From assembly GCA_041649115.1 (NCBI GenBank), contig JBAZNT010000004.1:23466-87465 (forward strand): 64,000 nucleotides of DNA. The letters run 5' to 3'. The notes under the pieces were generated by a model. That model did no database searches. It was not told the origin of the DNA and saw nothing but the letters and a program-made list of their open reading frames with translations. Positions 44,019 to 53,113 of the stretch are shown here, piece after piece (within the stretch, counting starts at the first letter, position 1; each line of letters opens with the position of its first letter). This DNA is from Candidatus Omnitrophota bacterium (GTDB lineage Bacteria > Omnitrophota > Gorgyraeia > Gygaellales > Profunditerraquicolaceae). The translations under genes were made by a program, and so were the position numbers.

Positions 44019-46331
44019 ATGTCATTAAAATTATCCCAAAATTCCCTGAAGGTTCTGGAGAGGCGTTACCTCAAAAAAAATACCGAAGGAGAGATAGTGG
44101 AAACCCCTGAGGAACTCTTTCGTAGGGTATCCCGGGCCATTGCGGAGGCGGAGGGTCTTTACGGCGCAGGAGAAACAGAGGTGGCAGGGTTAGCGGATTC
44201 ATTTTATCGCGCCATGACGACGCTGGAATTTCTTCCTAATTCACCTTGCCTGATGAATGCCGGAAGAGATCTGGGGCAGCTCTCCGCTTGTTTTACCCTT
44301 CCCATCGAAGACGCGATGGAGTCAATATTCGAAACCTTGAAGGCCACCGCCATTATCCATAAGAGCGGAGGGGGGACGGGCTTTTCGTTTTCGCGGCTTC
44401 GCCCCAAGAATTCGGTAGTCAAGACTACCGGAGGAGTAGCGTCTGGTCCGGTTTCTTTCATGAAGGTTTATGATTCCGCTACCGAGGCAGTAAAGCAGGG
44501 CGGCACCCGCCGCGGGGCAAATATGGGGATCCTTGCGGTAGACCATCCGGACATCATGGAGTTTATTACCTGCAAGGAGAATAACAGGTCCATCAATAAT
44601 TTTAATATCTCGGTTGCCATTACCGACGCTTTCATGAAGAGGCTCGAGGCAGGAGAGGATTACGATTTAATTGACCCGCGGGGGAAAAAGGTGGTAGGGC
44701 GCATCAATGCCAAGGATGTATTTGAGTTGATTGTCAAACAGGCGCATAAAAACGGCGAGCCCGGAATTATCTTTATTGACCGCGTCAACCACGAAAACCC
44801 CACCCCCAAATTAGGAAAGATTGAAAGCACCAATCCCTGCGGCGAACAACCACTCCTGCCGTACGAAAGCTGCGACCTGGGCTCGATTAACCTTGAGCGT
44901 ATGTGCAGGAAGATAAACGGCCGCGCCGAGATAGACTGGCAGAAGCTGAAGGATGTAACCCGCCTGGCGGTGCATTTTCTCGATAACCTCATTGATGTGA
45001 ATAGGTATCCGTTGCCGGAGATTGAAAAAGCTACTAAGTTGACGCGCAAAATAGGGTTGGGCGTGATGGGGTGGGCAAGCCTTCTTATCCGCCTGGGGAT
45101 AGCGTATGATTCCGAAGAGGCGGTTGCCTTGGCTGAAAAAGTAATGTCTTTCATACGGGATGAGGCAACAAAGAAGTCTCAGGAGTTGGCAAAGAAGAAA
45201 GGGACCTTCCCGGCCTACAAAGGCAGTATTTATGACAGGAGTGAAAAGGGCATCAAGGTGCGTAACGCCACTCTTACCACCATTGCCCCCACCGGCACCA
45301 TCAGCATTATCGCAGGTCCGTGTTCTTCCGGCATCGAGCCCTTGTTTGCGATAGTCTATCACCGTAACGTCATGGATAATGATAAGCTGCTGGAGGTGGA
45401 TCCCATATTCGAAGAGGTTGCGCGGCAGCGCGGTTTCTACAGCCGCGAACTGATGCAGAAGATTGCCGATAAGGGGTGCCTCAAGGATATTCCGGAGGTG
45501 CCCGAAGACGTCAGGCGCATCTTTGTTACTTCCCACGACATCTCGCCTGAGTGGCACGTGCGTATGCAGGCGGCCTTTCAGAAATACGTGCACAACGCCA
45601 CTTCCAAGACTATAAATTTTGCTCACGAGGCCACTATTGATGACGTAAGAAAGGCGTACCTGTTGGCTTATGAATTAGGGTGCAAGGGCATTACTATTTA
45701 CCGCGACAGGAGCCGCGAGGAGCAGGTTTTGAATATCGGCACGGTAAAGGATGCTAAATCCGAAGGGCAGGAGGCACCGCAGCAGGCCGTGAATAAAGAG
45801 ATTGCTCCGCGGCCGCGCCCCGAGGTAATCATCGGCACTACTACCAAGGTGTCTACCGGTTGCGGCAACCTTTATGTTACCATTAATGTTGACGAGCGGG
45901 GCAAGCCTTTTGAGCTTTTTACCCAGATGGGCAAGGCCGGCGGCTGCGCGGCATCGCAATTGGAAGCAATCGGTCGCCTGGTTTCGCTGGGTTTTCGTTC
46001 GGGTATCGAGGTAAAATCCATAATTGAGCAGCTGCGTAATATCCGTTGTCCGTCTCCTTCCTGGGAGAAGGGGCAGCGGATATTCTCCTGCGCCGACGCA
46101 ATCGCCCGCGTGGTTGAAAAAAGGCTGGTTAACGTAAATGTAAATGTTATTCCTGCCGAGGTTGAAGCTGCCAGCATAGCCATGAAGCATTCCAGCGAGG
46201 ATGAAAGCGCATCCAAGATAGCTAATAGATCCCACGGCAATATCGTGGGGGTTTGTCCTGATTGCGGCGGTGCGCTGCGGCACGAGGAGGGTTGCGTCAA
46301 GTGCCATGCCTGCGGCTTTTCGAAGTGTTAA
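44019..46331 (+). CDS. nrdJ: Class II (adenosylcobalamin-dependent) ribonucleotide reductase
   Basis: Typical NrdJ sequence (LERRYLKK..., NSPCLMNAG, FTLPIEDAMESIF, TNPCGEQPL, TIAPTGT) with the C-terminal Zn-ribbon CPDCGG...CVKCHACG. ATG 44019 is preferred over TTG 44007. Confidence 0.9.
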   Translation: MSLKLSQNSLKVLERRYLKKNTEGEIVETPEELFRRVSRAIAEAEGLYGAGETEVAGLADSFYRAMTTLEFLPNSPCLMNAGRDLGQLSACFTLPIEDAMESIFETLKATAIIHKSGGGTGFSFSRLRPKNSVVKTTGGVASGPVSFMKVYDSATEAVKQGGTRRGANMGILAVDHPDIMEFITCKENNRSINNFNISVAITDAFMKRLEAGEDYDLIDPRGKKVVGRINAKDVFELIVKQAHKNGEPGIIFIDRVNHENPTPKLGKIESTNPCGEQPLLPYESCDLGSINLERMCRKINGRAEIDWQKLKDVTRLAVHFLDNLIDVNRYPLPEIEKATKLTRKIGLGVMGWASLLIRLGIAYDSEEAVALAEKVMSFIRDEATKKSQELAKKKGTFPAYKGSIYDRSEKGIKVRNATLTTIAPTGTISIIAGPCSSGIEPLFAIVYHRNVMDNDKLLEVDPIFEEVARQRGFYSRELMQKIADKGCLKDIPEVPEDVRRIFVTSHDISPEWHVRMQAAFQKYVHNATSKTINFAHEATIDDVRKAYLLAYELGCKGITIYRDRSREEQVLNIGTVKDAKSEGQEAPQQAVNKEIAPRPRPEVIIGTTTKVSTGCGNLYVTINVDERGKPFELFTQMGKAGGCAASQLEAIGRLVSLGFRSGIEVKSIIEQLRNIRCPSPSWEKGQRIFSCADAIARVVEKRLVNVNVNVIPAEVEAASIAMKHSSEDESASKIANRSHGNIVGVCPDCGGALRHEEGCVKCHACGFSKC

Positions 46332-46348
46332 AACAGGGAGAGTAAATA

Positions 46349-47629
46349 ATGAAAAAAATATTATATATTGTGCTGGACGGCTTAGGGGACCTGCCGCTTA
46401 AGGACCTGGGCGATAAGACCCCCCTTGAGGCTGCGCTTACTCCTAATCTTGACCGCCTGGCGCAGAAGGGTATTACGGGATTTGTTCATACGGTAGGCGA
46501 GGGCATTGCCCCTGAATCTGATATTGCGGTAATCAGCCTCCTGGGATACGATGCGCACAAGTATTATACCGGCAGGGGCCCCCTGGAGTCTTTTGCCGAA
46601 GGGTTGATCGTTAATGACGGTGACGTTGCCTTTAGGGTGAATTTCGCCACTGTCGAGGCTGACGGCAGGACCATTAAGGACCGCCGGGTAGGAAGGAACC
46701 TTGTTACCGAGGAGGCCGCTGCGCTTTCCAAGGAGATAAACTCCAAGGTCGCCCTTACCAACGGGACATTTGAGTTTAAGAATACCATCGGCCATCGCGG
46801 GGTGCTGGTGATACGCGGGATGCGTTCTAAGTTATCCGGTTGGATTACCAATACCGACCCTGCCTACGAGCGTGAAGGGGTATTCGGCGTAGCCAAGGAG
46901 AAGTTTGAGAATACCGTTTCCGTTTCAGCGCCCATGCCAGGGCATGAAGATTCCTCCGAGGCGGCGGAGGCCGCAAACCTTCTGAACGAGTTTACCAGAA
47001 AATCCAATCTCATCCTCAATGAATGCGCCCTGAATAAAAAAAGGATTGCCGAAGGAAGGCTCCCGGCCAATGTGATTTTATCGCGCGACGCCGGTGACCG
47101 CCTGCCGAAATTCCCCAAGATAAGCCAGGTATATAACGTTAGATTCGGCTCATTTGTGCAGATGCCGGTAGAAAAGGGTATTGCGCTCTTGACCGGGATG
47201 GAGATTATCGAGGTGCCGGAATCCACCGGTCACCTTGACGTGGATTATCCGGTCTGGGCGAAAGTAGCCCTGGAGTCCCTGAAGATTTACGACGGCATCT
47301 ATGTACATATCAAGGGTCCGGACGAGCCTGCCCATGACGGGGATTACAGGAAGAAAAGGGATATCATTGAGGCGATTGACAAGTTCTTCTTTACCAATCT
47401 CCTGCCCGAGCTTGAGCTGGCAGATACGATTGTGGCGGTGACGGCTGACCACTCTACGGTTTGCGCCATCAAGGCGCATTCTGCCGACCCTGTGCCTTTG
47501 CTGGTCTGCGGAGGTAGCGTCAAACCCGACGGTTCTTTGAGCTTTTCCGAAAAGGCCTCCAAACTCGGCTCAATCGGGGCGTTAAAAGGCCGCGACATCA
47601 TGCCCCTCCTCACAAAGCTAGCCAAGTAG
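46349..47629 (+). CDS. apgM: Cofactor-independent phosphoglycerate mutase, archaeal type (alkaline-phosphatase superfamily)
   Basis: MKKILYIVLDGLGD..., ...TADHSTVC..AHSADPVPLLV; the length and motifs are typical of ApgM. Confidence 0.75.
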   Translation: MKKILYIVLDGLGDLPLKDLGDKTPLEAALTPNLDRLAQKGITGFVHTVGEGIAPESDIAVISLLGYDAHKYYTGRGPLESFAEGLIVNDGDVAFRVNFATVEADGRTIKDRRVGRNLVTEEAAALSKEINSKVALTNGTFEFKNTIGHRGVLVIRGMRSKLSGWITNTDPAYEREGVFGVAKEKFENTVSVSAPMPGHEDSSEAAEAANLLNEFTRKSNLILNECALNKKRIAEGRLPANVILSRDAGDRLPKFPKISQVYNVRFGSFVQMPVEKGIALLTGMEIIEVPESTGHLDVDYPVWAKVALESLKIYDGIYVHIKGPDEPAHDGDYRKKRDIIEAIDKFFFTNLLPELELADTIVAVTADHSTVCAIKAHSADPVPLLVCGGSVKPDGSLSFSEKASKLGSIGALKGRDIMPLLTKLAK

Positions 47630-48229
47630 GGACGGTTCTCAGTTCCCCTTAAAAGTGTCCCTTTTTAAAGGTTAGATATTTCATCCAACATAGTGTTACC
47701 GATTAATCTTAACCTGTAGCTACTCCAGGGATATAGATTTAAGTCCAATGTCAGATTAGTTCGTAGCGGATTAGTTTCTATATAATCGACGCATTTTAAA
47801 AGGTAACTTTCCCCTTGGATTATTTTGCTTTTGAATCTGTCCTGCCATAGGTGTCCCACTTTATTGTATTTAGAATTAAAATATAAAGTGTAACTTAGAT
47901 TTAAGCCACGCATAATTTTATTCAAGCGCGTTGGTTCATTAACCTCAAGCATAAGATGGACATGATTGGGCATCAGGCAAAATGCGTATAATTTAAACAA
48001 ATAGCGTTTCTTATAGCTTGTTAATATCTTTAGGTACTTTTCATAATCCTCAGAAGCCATAAAAACCGGTTGTTTTTGATTTCCTCGTGTGATAATATGG
48101 TAACAACCATTTTCTACAGTAATTCTTCCTATTCGTGGCATACTTATCACCTCCTATTTAATAGACGCATAGAACATTATTTTCTAACAAAAAAGGGGGA
48201 CACTTTTAACCGTGGTTGAGAACCGTCCC
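47629..48229 (-). mobile_element. RAYT element: REP-associated tyrosine transposase gene bracketed by ~34-nt imperfect inverted repeats
   Basis: Left repeat GGGACGGTTCTCAGTTCCCCTTAAAAGTGTCCC (47629-47661). The right repeat GGGGGACACTTTTAACCGTGGTTGAGAACCGTCCC (48195-48229) is its imperfect reverse complement. Confidence 0.7.
47665..48150 (-). CDS. IS200/IS605-like Y1 (HUH) transposase, REP-associated tyrosine transposase (RAYT) type
   Basis: GCYHIITRGNQKQPVF, HUH motif MPNHVHLML, catalytic Tyr region YPWSSYR. At 161 aa it is the only minus-strand gene in the window. Confidence 0.8.
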   Translation of the reverse strand: MISMPRIGRITVENGCYHIITRGNQKQPVFMASEDYEKYLKILTSYKKRYLFKLYAFCLMPNHVHLMLEVNEPTRLNKIMRGLNLSYTLYFNSKYNKVGHLWQDRFKSKIIQGESYLLKCVDYIETNPLRTNLTLDLNLYPWSSYRLRLIGNTMLDEISNL

Positions 48230-50101
48230 TATGATGTGATTGTGGTGGGGGCTGGGCATGCCGGCATCGAGGCCGCTTTGGCGGCAAGCCGCATGGGCAA
48301 GAAGACGCTTTTGGTGACCCTAAGCGCAGAAACTATCGGCCAGATGAGCTGCAATCCGGCAATCGGCGGGGTTGGCAAGGGGCAGCTTGTTAAGGAGATT
48401 GATGCGTTGGGGGGAGAAATGGCCCGCGCAGCAGATTCCGCTGGGATACAATTCCGCATCCTGAATGCCTCCAAGGGCGCAGCAGTGCAGTCCTCGCGCT
48501 GCCAGATTGACCGCAAACTGTATAAGAATTATATGCGCGCCGCCGTAAGTCATCAACATCGCCTTGAGGTAAAAGAAGCCCATGTCAGGTCGTTGATCGT
48601 GGAAGACGGTATCGTCAAAGGAATGCTTACGGATGCTGGGGGAGCGCTGGAGTCTTCTGTAGTGGTGCTTGCGCCGGGGACATTTCTAAACGGGGTTATT
48701 CACGTTGGGCTCAAGCATTTCAGCGCCGGGCGCATTGACGAGCCTGCAGCCGTAGAATTAAGCGATAACTTGGAGAGGTTAGGCTTTAGGCTGCAGCGTT
48801 TTAAGACCGGTACCTGCCCGCGCCTGGATAAGGACAGCATTGATTTCTCGCGTCTTCTGGCCCAGCAAGGAGACAGCCCTCCCAGGCCTTTCTCTTTCTC
48901 CACCCGCGAGCTTAAGCAGAGGCAGATACCATGCCATATAACCTATACTAACGAAAATACGCACCGGCTCATACTGGATAACCTTGACCGCTCTCCTCTT
49001 TATGCGGGTATAATCCAGGCAACCGGGGTGCGTTATTGCCCTTCCATTGAAGACAAGATTGTAAAGTTCAGGGAGAGAGTCAGGCACCAGGTATTCCTGG
49101 AGCCGGAAGGTTACGACGCAAGAGAGGTTTATCCTAACGGCCTGGCAACCAGCCTCCCCGAGGACGTGCAGTTAGAAATGCTGCATTCCATCGAGGGTCT
49201 GGAGGACGCCGAGATATTAAAATTCGGTTACGGCATTGAGCATAGCGTGGTTGACCCTCTCCAGCTTTATCCGAGCCTCCAGACGAAGTTAATCAAGAAT
49301 CTTTATCTGGCCGGTCAGATTAACGGCACTACCGGTTATGAGGAGGCAGCTGCTCAGGGCCTGGTCGCCGGCATCAACGCTGCCTTAAGCTCTGAGGGGA
49401 GAGAACTGTTGGTTTTAGACCGTAGCTCGGGTTACATCGGGGTCTTGATTGACGATTTAACTACAAAAGGTACTAACGAGCCTTACCGTATGTTTACCTC
49501 GCGCGTCGAGTACCGCCTCCTCCTGAGGGAGGATAACGCGGATTTGCGGTTACGCAAAATCGGCCATGAGGTAGGCCTGGTTGGCGGCCGGGTCTATTCT
49601 AAGACTGAAGAGAAGGCACGCCATATCAAGGACGGAATTGCTTTTTTAAGAGAAAAGCGCGTTGGCCCGGGGTCCGGCATAAATGACATTTTAAATAAGC
49701 ATGCAGGATTTACCGTCAAAAAGGCAGTTACCTTAGAGGAGCTCCTGAGGCGGCCTGAGGTAAGACTCGAAGATTTGAGGGGGGCAGGGGTCCTTGAGGA
49801 TATACCCGAAAGTATTGGAAGAGAGATGGAAATTGAAGTAAAATATTCTGGGTTTATCCAGCGCCAGCTTGCCGAGGTAGAAAGATTCAGGAATCTGGAA
49901 AGAATAAGGCTGCCTGCGGAACTGGACTATAGCCTTGTCAACGGATTGTCCCGCGAGATTCGCGAGAAGCTTAAAAATTTAAAGCCCATAAATCTTGGCC
50001 AGGCCTCCCGTATCTCAGGGGTGACCCCGGCAGCAGTCGCAATATTGATGGTGTACCTTAGGAAGCTCAATGAGCAAAGGAAAAAACTACAGCGCCCTTA
50101 A
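48212..50101 (+). CDS. mnmG: tRNA uridine-5-carboxymethylaminomethyl(34) synthesis enzyme MnmG (GidA)
   Basis: YDVIVVGAGHAGIEAALA FAD fold, MSCNPAIGG.GKG.LV.EIDALGG, 629 aa. The GTG start and first 6 codons lie inside the right inverted repeat of the RAYT element. Confidence 0.9.
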   Translation: MVENRPYDVIVVGAGHAGIEAALAASRMGKKTLLVTLSAETIGQMSCNPAIGGVGKGQLVKEIDALGGEMARAADSAGIQFRILNASKGAAVQSSRCQIDRKLYKNYMRAAVSHQHRLEVKEAHVRSLIVEDGIVKGMLTDAGGALESSVVVLAPGTFLNGVIHVGLKHFSAGRIDEPAAVELSDNLERLGFRLQRFKTGTCPRLDKDSIDFSRLLAQQGDSPPRPFSFSTRELKQRQIPCHITYTNENTHRLILDNLDRSPLYAGIIQATGVRYCPSIEDKIVKFRERVRHQVFLEPEGYDAREVYPNGLATSLPEDVQLEMLHSIEGLEDAEILKFGYGIEHSVVDPLQLYPSLQTKLIKNLYLAGQINGTTGYEEAAAQGLVAGINAALSSEGRELLVLDRSSGYIGVLIDDLTTKGTNEPYRMFTSRVEYRLLLREDNADLRLRKIGHEVGLVGGRVYSKTEEKARHIKDGIAFLREKRVGPGSGINDILNKHAGFTVKKAVTLEELLRRPEVRLEDLRGAGVLEDIPESIGREMEIEVKYSGFIQRQLAEVERFRNLERIRLPAELDYSLVNGLSREIREKLKNLKPINLGQASRISGVTPAAVAILMVYLRKLNEQRKKLQRP

Positions 50102-50750
50102 AGATTTCTGCCTGGATATGGGGGCAGACCTCTTCGGGGTCGCCGATATCTCCGTGGTAAAGCATGATTTCGCCCTTTCAAAGCGTTCCCTCGCCGGGCT
50201 TGAAAGGGCAGTATCGCTGGTGGCGAGACTGTCATCGGCGATACTCTCCGAGATTGAAAACGCGCCTACCCGCCTTTATTTCCATCATTACCGCACGGTT
50301 AATGCCTTTCTTGACCAGGCAGCACTTCGAACCTGCAATTACATTCAAGGCAAGGGATATCGCGCCCTTCCGGTCCCTGCTTCCCAGATATTGGACTGGC
50401 AGAATCAGAAAGGCCACCTTTCTCATAAGAGGATCGGCTATCTGGCGGGATTAGGGTGGATAGGCAGGAACAACCTTTTGGTTAATCCTTCATTCGGCAG
50501 CCAGCTGCGTCTCGTCTCTATCCTTACCGATATGCCCCTGGAGGCAGATGTCCCGTTAAGAAAAGACTGCGGGAAGTGCATGCTTTGTGTTAAAATATGT
50601 CCGGCAGGCGCGATAAAGAAAGACAGCGCCTCGTTTGACCATCTCCTCTGTTTTGAGAAACTCAAGGGTTTCCAGAAGCAGCGTTTAACAGACCAGTATA
50701 TCTGCGGGGTCTGCGTGAATATCTGCCGCGGGGACAAGAAGACAGGATGA
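50070..50750 (+). CDS. QueG-like (epoxyqueuosine reductase family) 4Fe-4S protein, short form
   Basis: SHKRIGYLAGLGWIGRNNLLVNPSFGSQLRLVSILTDMPL (QueG-family core) and the cluster motif CGKCMLCVKICPAGAI. It lacks the C-terminal HEAT region of full-length QueG. Confidence 0.5.
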   Translation: MSKGKNYSALKDFCLDMGADLFGVADISVVKHDFALSKRSLAGLERAVSLVARLSSAILSEIENAPTRLYFHHYRTVNAFLDQAALRTCNYIQGKGYRALPVPASQILDWQNQKGHLSHKRIGYLAGLGWIGRNNLLVNPSFGSQLRLVSILTDMPLEADVPLRKDCGKCMLCVKICPAGAIKKDSASFDHLLCFEKLKGFQKQRLTDQYICGVCVNICRGDKKTG

Positions 50751-51727
50751 ATTTGATTCTTATTGCGCTTTTATTGCTAATGAGTGTGGGGGTAGGCTGG
50801 TCCATCGGAGCAAACGATGCCGCCAATTCCCTTGGCACAGCCGTGGGCTCGCGCGTGCTGAACCTGAAGCAGGCAATCTGTCTGATTGTGCTATTCGGGT
50901 TTCTCGGGGCGTTTTTACAGGGAAGCCATGTTACCAAGACTATCGGCAAGGGTATCGTGCCGATGGACCTCCTTGATAAAAATGCTTCAATTTATCTGGC
51001 TATGGTAGCGGCTTTTGCCGCCTGCGTCTGGGTAGTGATTGCGACCCGCTGGAAGATACCCATTTCTACCAGCCACTCCATAGTCGGCGCCGTGGCCGGA
51101 GGAGGTCTGGCCTTGGGGGCGCCGGTAAAATGGAAGGTCCTGGGGGATATCTTTATCTGTTGGGTGTTTACTCCAATCGGGGCAGCGGTCCTGGGGTATA
51201 TATTGTACCGGATTTCCAAGAATGTTTTCTACCGCATACTTCCCCGGCGCTACCTGAAAAGCATCCTGGCCGCGCTTATCATTGCCAGCGGCTGTTACGT
51301 AGCTTATTCCTGGGGCGCCAATGACGTTGCCAACGCTACCGGGGTTATCGTAGGCGCCGGCGTTTTAACTCCTACAGTAAGCGTTATGTTGGGCGGCCTG
51401 GCAATAGTCCTGGGCATCGTCACCTGGGGTTATAAGGTCATCGAGACCGTAGGTTCCGAGATCACCCAGTTAATGCCCATCATGGCTTTTTCGGCACAAC
51501 TGGCCAGCGCCATCAACGTGCATGTATATACTATGTTTGGCATCCCGGTTTCTACCAGCCACTCCATCGTAGGGGCGATCTTCGGGGTAGGATTGGTGCG
51601 CGGATTGCGCGTTTTAAACGTCCGCATCATCAAAGATATCGTTATCTGCTGGTTAGCCACCCCTTTTATTTCCGGCATCGTCAGTTTTTCCGTATTAAAG
51701 GCTGCGTTATTATTTGTCAAAATTTAA
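50747..51727 (+). CDS. pit: Inorganic phosphate transporter, PiT family
   Basis: Duplicated PiT signature GANDAANSLGTAVGS and GANDVANATG, and a multi-TM profile. Confidence 0.85.
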   Translation: MNLILIALLLLMSVGVGWSIGANDAANSLGTAVGSRVLNLKQAICLIVLFGFLGAFLQGSHVTKTIGKGIVPMDLLDKNASIYLAMVAAFAACVWVVIATRWKIPISTSHSIVGAVAGGGLALGAPVKWKVLGDIFICWVFTPIGAAVLGYILYRISKNVFYRILPRRYLKSILAALIIASGCYVAYSWGANDVANATGVIVGAGVLTPTVSVMLGGLAIVLGIVTWGYKVIETVGSEITQLMPIMAFSAQLASAINVHVYTMFGIPVSTSHSIVGAIFGVGLVRGLRVLNVRIIKDIVICWLATPFISGIVSFSVLKAALLFVKI

Positions 51728-51739
51728 AGGAGGTTTAAG

Positions 51740-52408
51740 ATGAAAGAGACAAGGAATATTCTGGGTTGGTTAGGAATGGCGGAGGAACAATCCATCCTGG
51801 AGGACTCCAGGAGGCATGTAGACGAGACGCACAAGACCGTGGCTTATTTTTCGGAGGCGGTGGAGGCCTTCATTAAGGGAGACGCTGCTGCCAAGAACGC
51901 CGCCATTGAGAACGTAAGGCAGAGCGAACACCAGGCCGACATATTGCGTTCTAAGATGGTAGAAGAGCTTTCTGAAAGCCTCTTGATGCCTCCGGACAGA
52001 GAGGACCTGATGCATTTTGTTAAAACCCTGGATAAGATTGCGGATTGGACTAACGGCGCCGCGCGCATCCTGGGTTTCATAGAGCAGAAACCAAACGACG
52101 ATATCCTTAAAAACGTTTCTTTAGCTACCGGGATAATCGTATCCTCAATCTCCAAGCTGCGCGAGGCCATCGGCGTTCTCACTAAAAATGACCTCAAGAA
52201 GGCCCTCGTATTGTGCGAGGAGGTAGACCGCCTGGAGCACCAGGCAGATGACCAGAAGAAAACCCTCATCGAGGCCATCATACATGCCAACCTTGGGCCG
52301 ACGCCGTTATTACTGTGTTATCAGCTTGCGGAATACCTGGAGGGCGTAACCGATAAGATCGAAGACGCTGCGGACCTGATAAAGACAGTGGCAATCAAGT
52401 CCAAATAA
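51740..52408 (+). CDS. DUF47 / PhoU-like phosphate-transport regulator (Pit accessory protein)
   Basis: Helical 222-aa protein with paired motifs ...HQADILR... and ...EHQADDQK..., as in the TIGR00153/DUF47 family. It lies immediately downstream of pit. Confidence 0.7.
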   Translation: MKETRNILGWLGMAEEQSILEDSRRHVDETHKTVAYFSEAVEAFIKGDAAAKNAAIENVRQSEHQADILRSKMVEELSESLLMPPDREDLMHFVKTLDKIADWTNGAARILGFIEQKPNDDILKNVSLATGIIVSSISKLREAIGVLTKNDLKKALVLCEEVDRLEHQADDQKKTLIEAIIHANLGPTPLLLCYQLAEYLEGVTDKIEDAADLIKTVAIKSK

Positions 52409-52420
52409 TTAAGGCCGGCA

Positions 52421-53113
52421 ATGAGCGAAAAGATTTTAATCGTAGATGACGAAAAGGACATCGTCAGGATGCTTGATTATAACCTCAAGAAAGAGGGGTA
52501 CCGTAGCTTCTCGGCTTATGATGGAGAGGAGGCCCTGGAGATTGCTAAGAGAGAACGCCCGGATCTTATTATCCTGGATTTGATGCTGCCTGAAATAGGG
52601 GGGCTGGAGGTTTGTAAGTCACTAAAGAAGACCCCTGAACTCGCTTCCATACCGATTATTATGCTCACTGCCAAGACCCAGGAGACGGATAAGGTGGTGG
52701 GGCTGGAGGTTGGCGCCGATGATTACGTAACCAAGCCTTTTAGCCCGCGGGAGTTACTGGCGCGCATAAAAGCAGTATTGCGCAGAAGCCGGGAAAAGGA
52801 TTCTGTGCCCGAGGTATTAAAAACAGGAGAGCTCGCAGTGGATCTCTCCAGGATACAGGTTACCCTTAAAGGCAGGCCTGTTCAGTTGACCTCAAAGGAA
52901 TTTGAGCTGCTTGTTACCCTTATCAAGGCCCGTGGCAGGGTCCTTTCGCGCAGCTATCTTTTGGATGCCATCTGGGGTTATGAGAATGCCTTGGATATCC
53001 AGACCCGCACCGTAGACGTGCATATCAGGTCACTGCGCAAGAAGTTAAAGTCCGCAGGCGGGCTTATTGTTACCGTTAAGAACTACGGTTATCGTTTTGA
53101 GAAGGCAGAATGA
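52421..53113 (+). CDS. phoB: OmpR/PhoB-family response regulator
   Basis: Receiver (ILIVDDE...DLIILDLMLP...LTAK) plus a winged-helix output domain (LTSKEFELL...RTVDVHIRSLRKKL). The gene name is assigned from the pit/pst context. Confidence 0.7.
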   Translation: MSEKILIVDDEKDIVRMLDYNLKKEGYRSFSAYDGEEALEIAKRERPDLIILDLMLPEIGGLEVCKSLKKTPELASIPIIMLTAKTQETDKVVGLEVGADDYVTKPFSPRELLARIKAVLRRSREKDSVPEVLKTGELAVDLSRIQVTLKGRPVQLTSKEFELLVTLIKARGRVLSRSYLLDAIWGYENALDIQTRTVDVHIRSLRKKLKSAGGLIVTVKNYGYRFEKAE

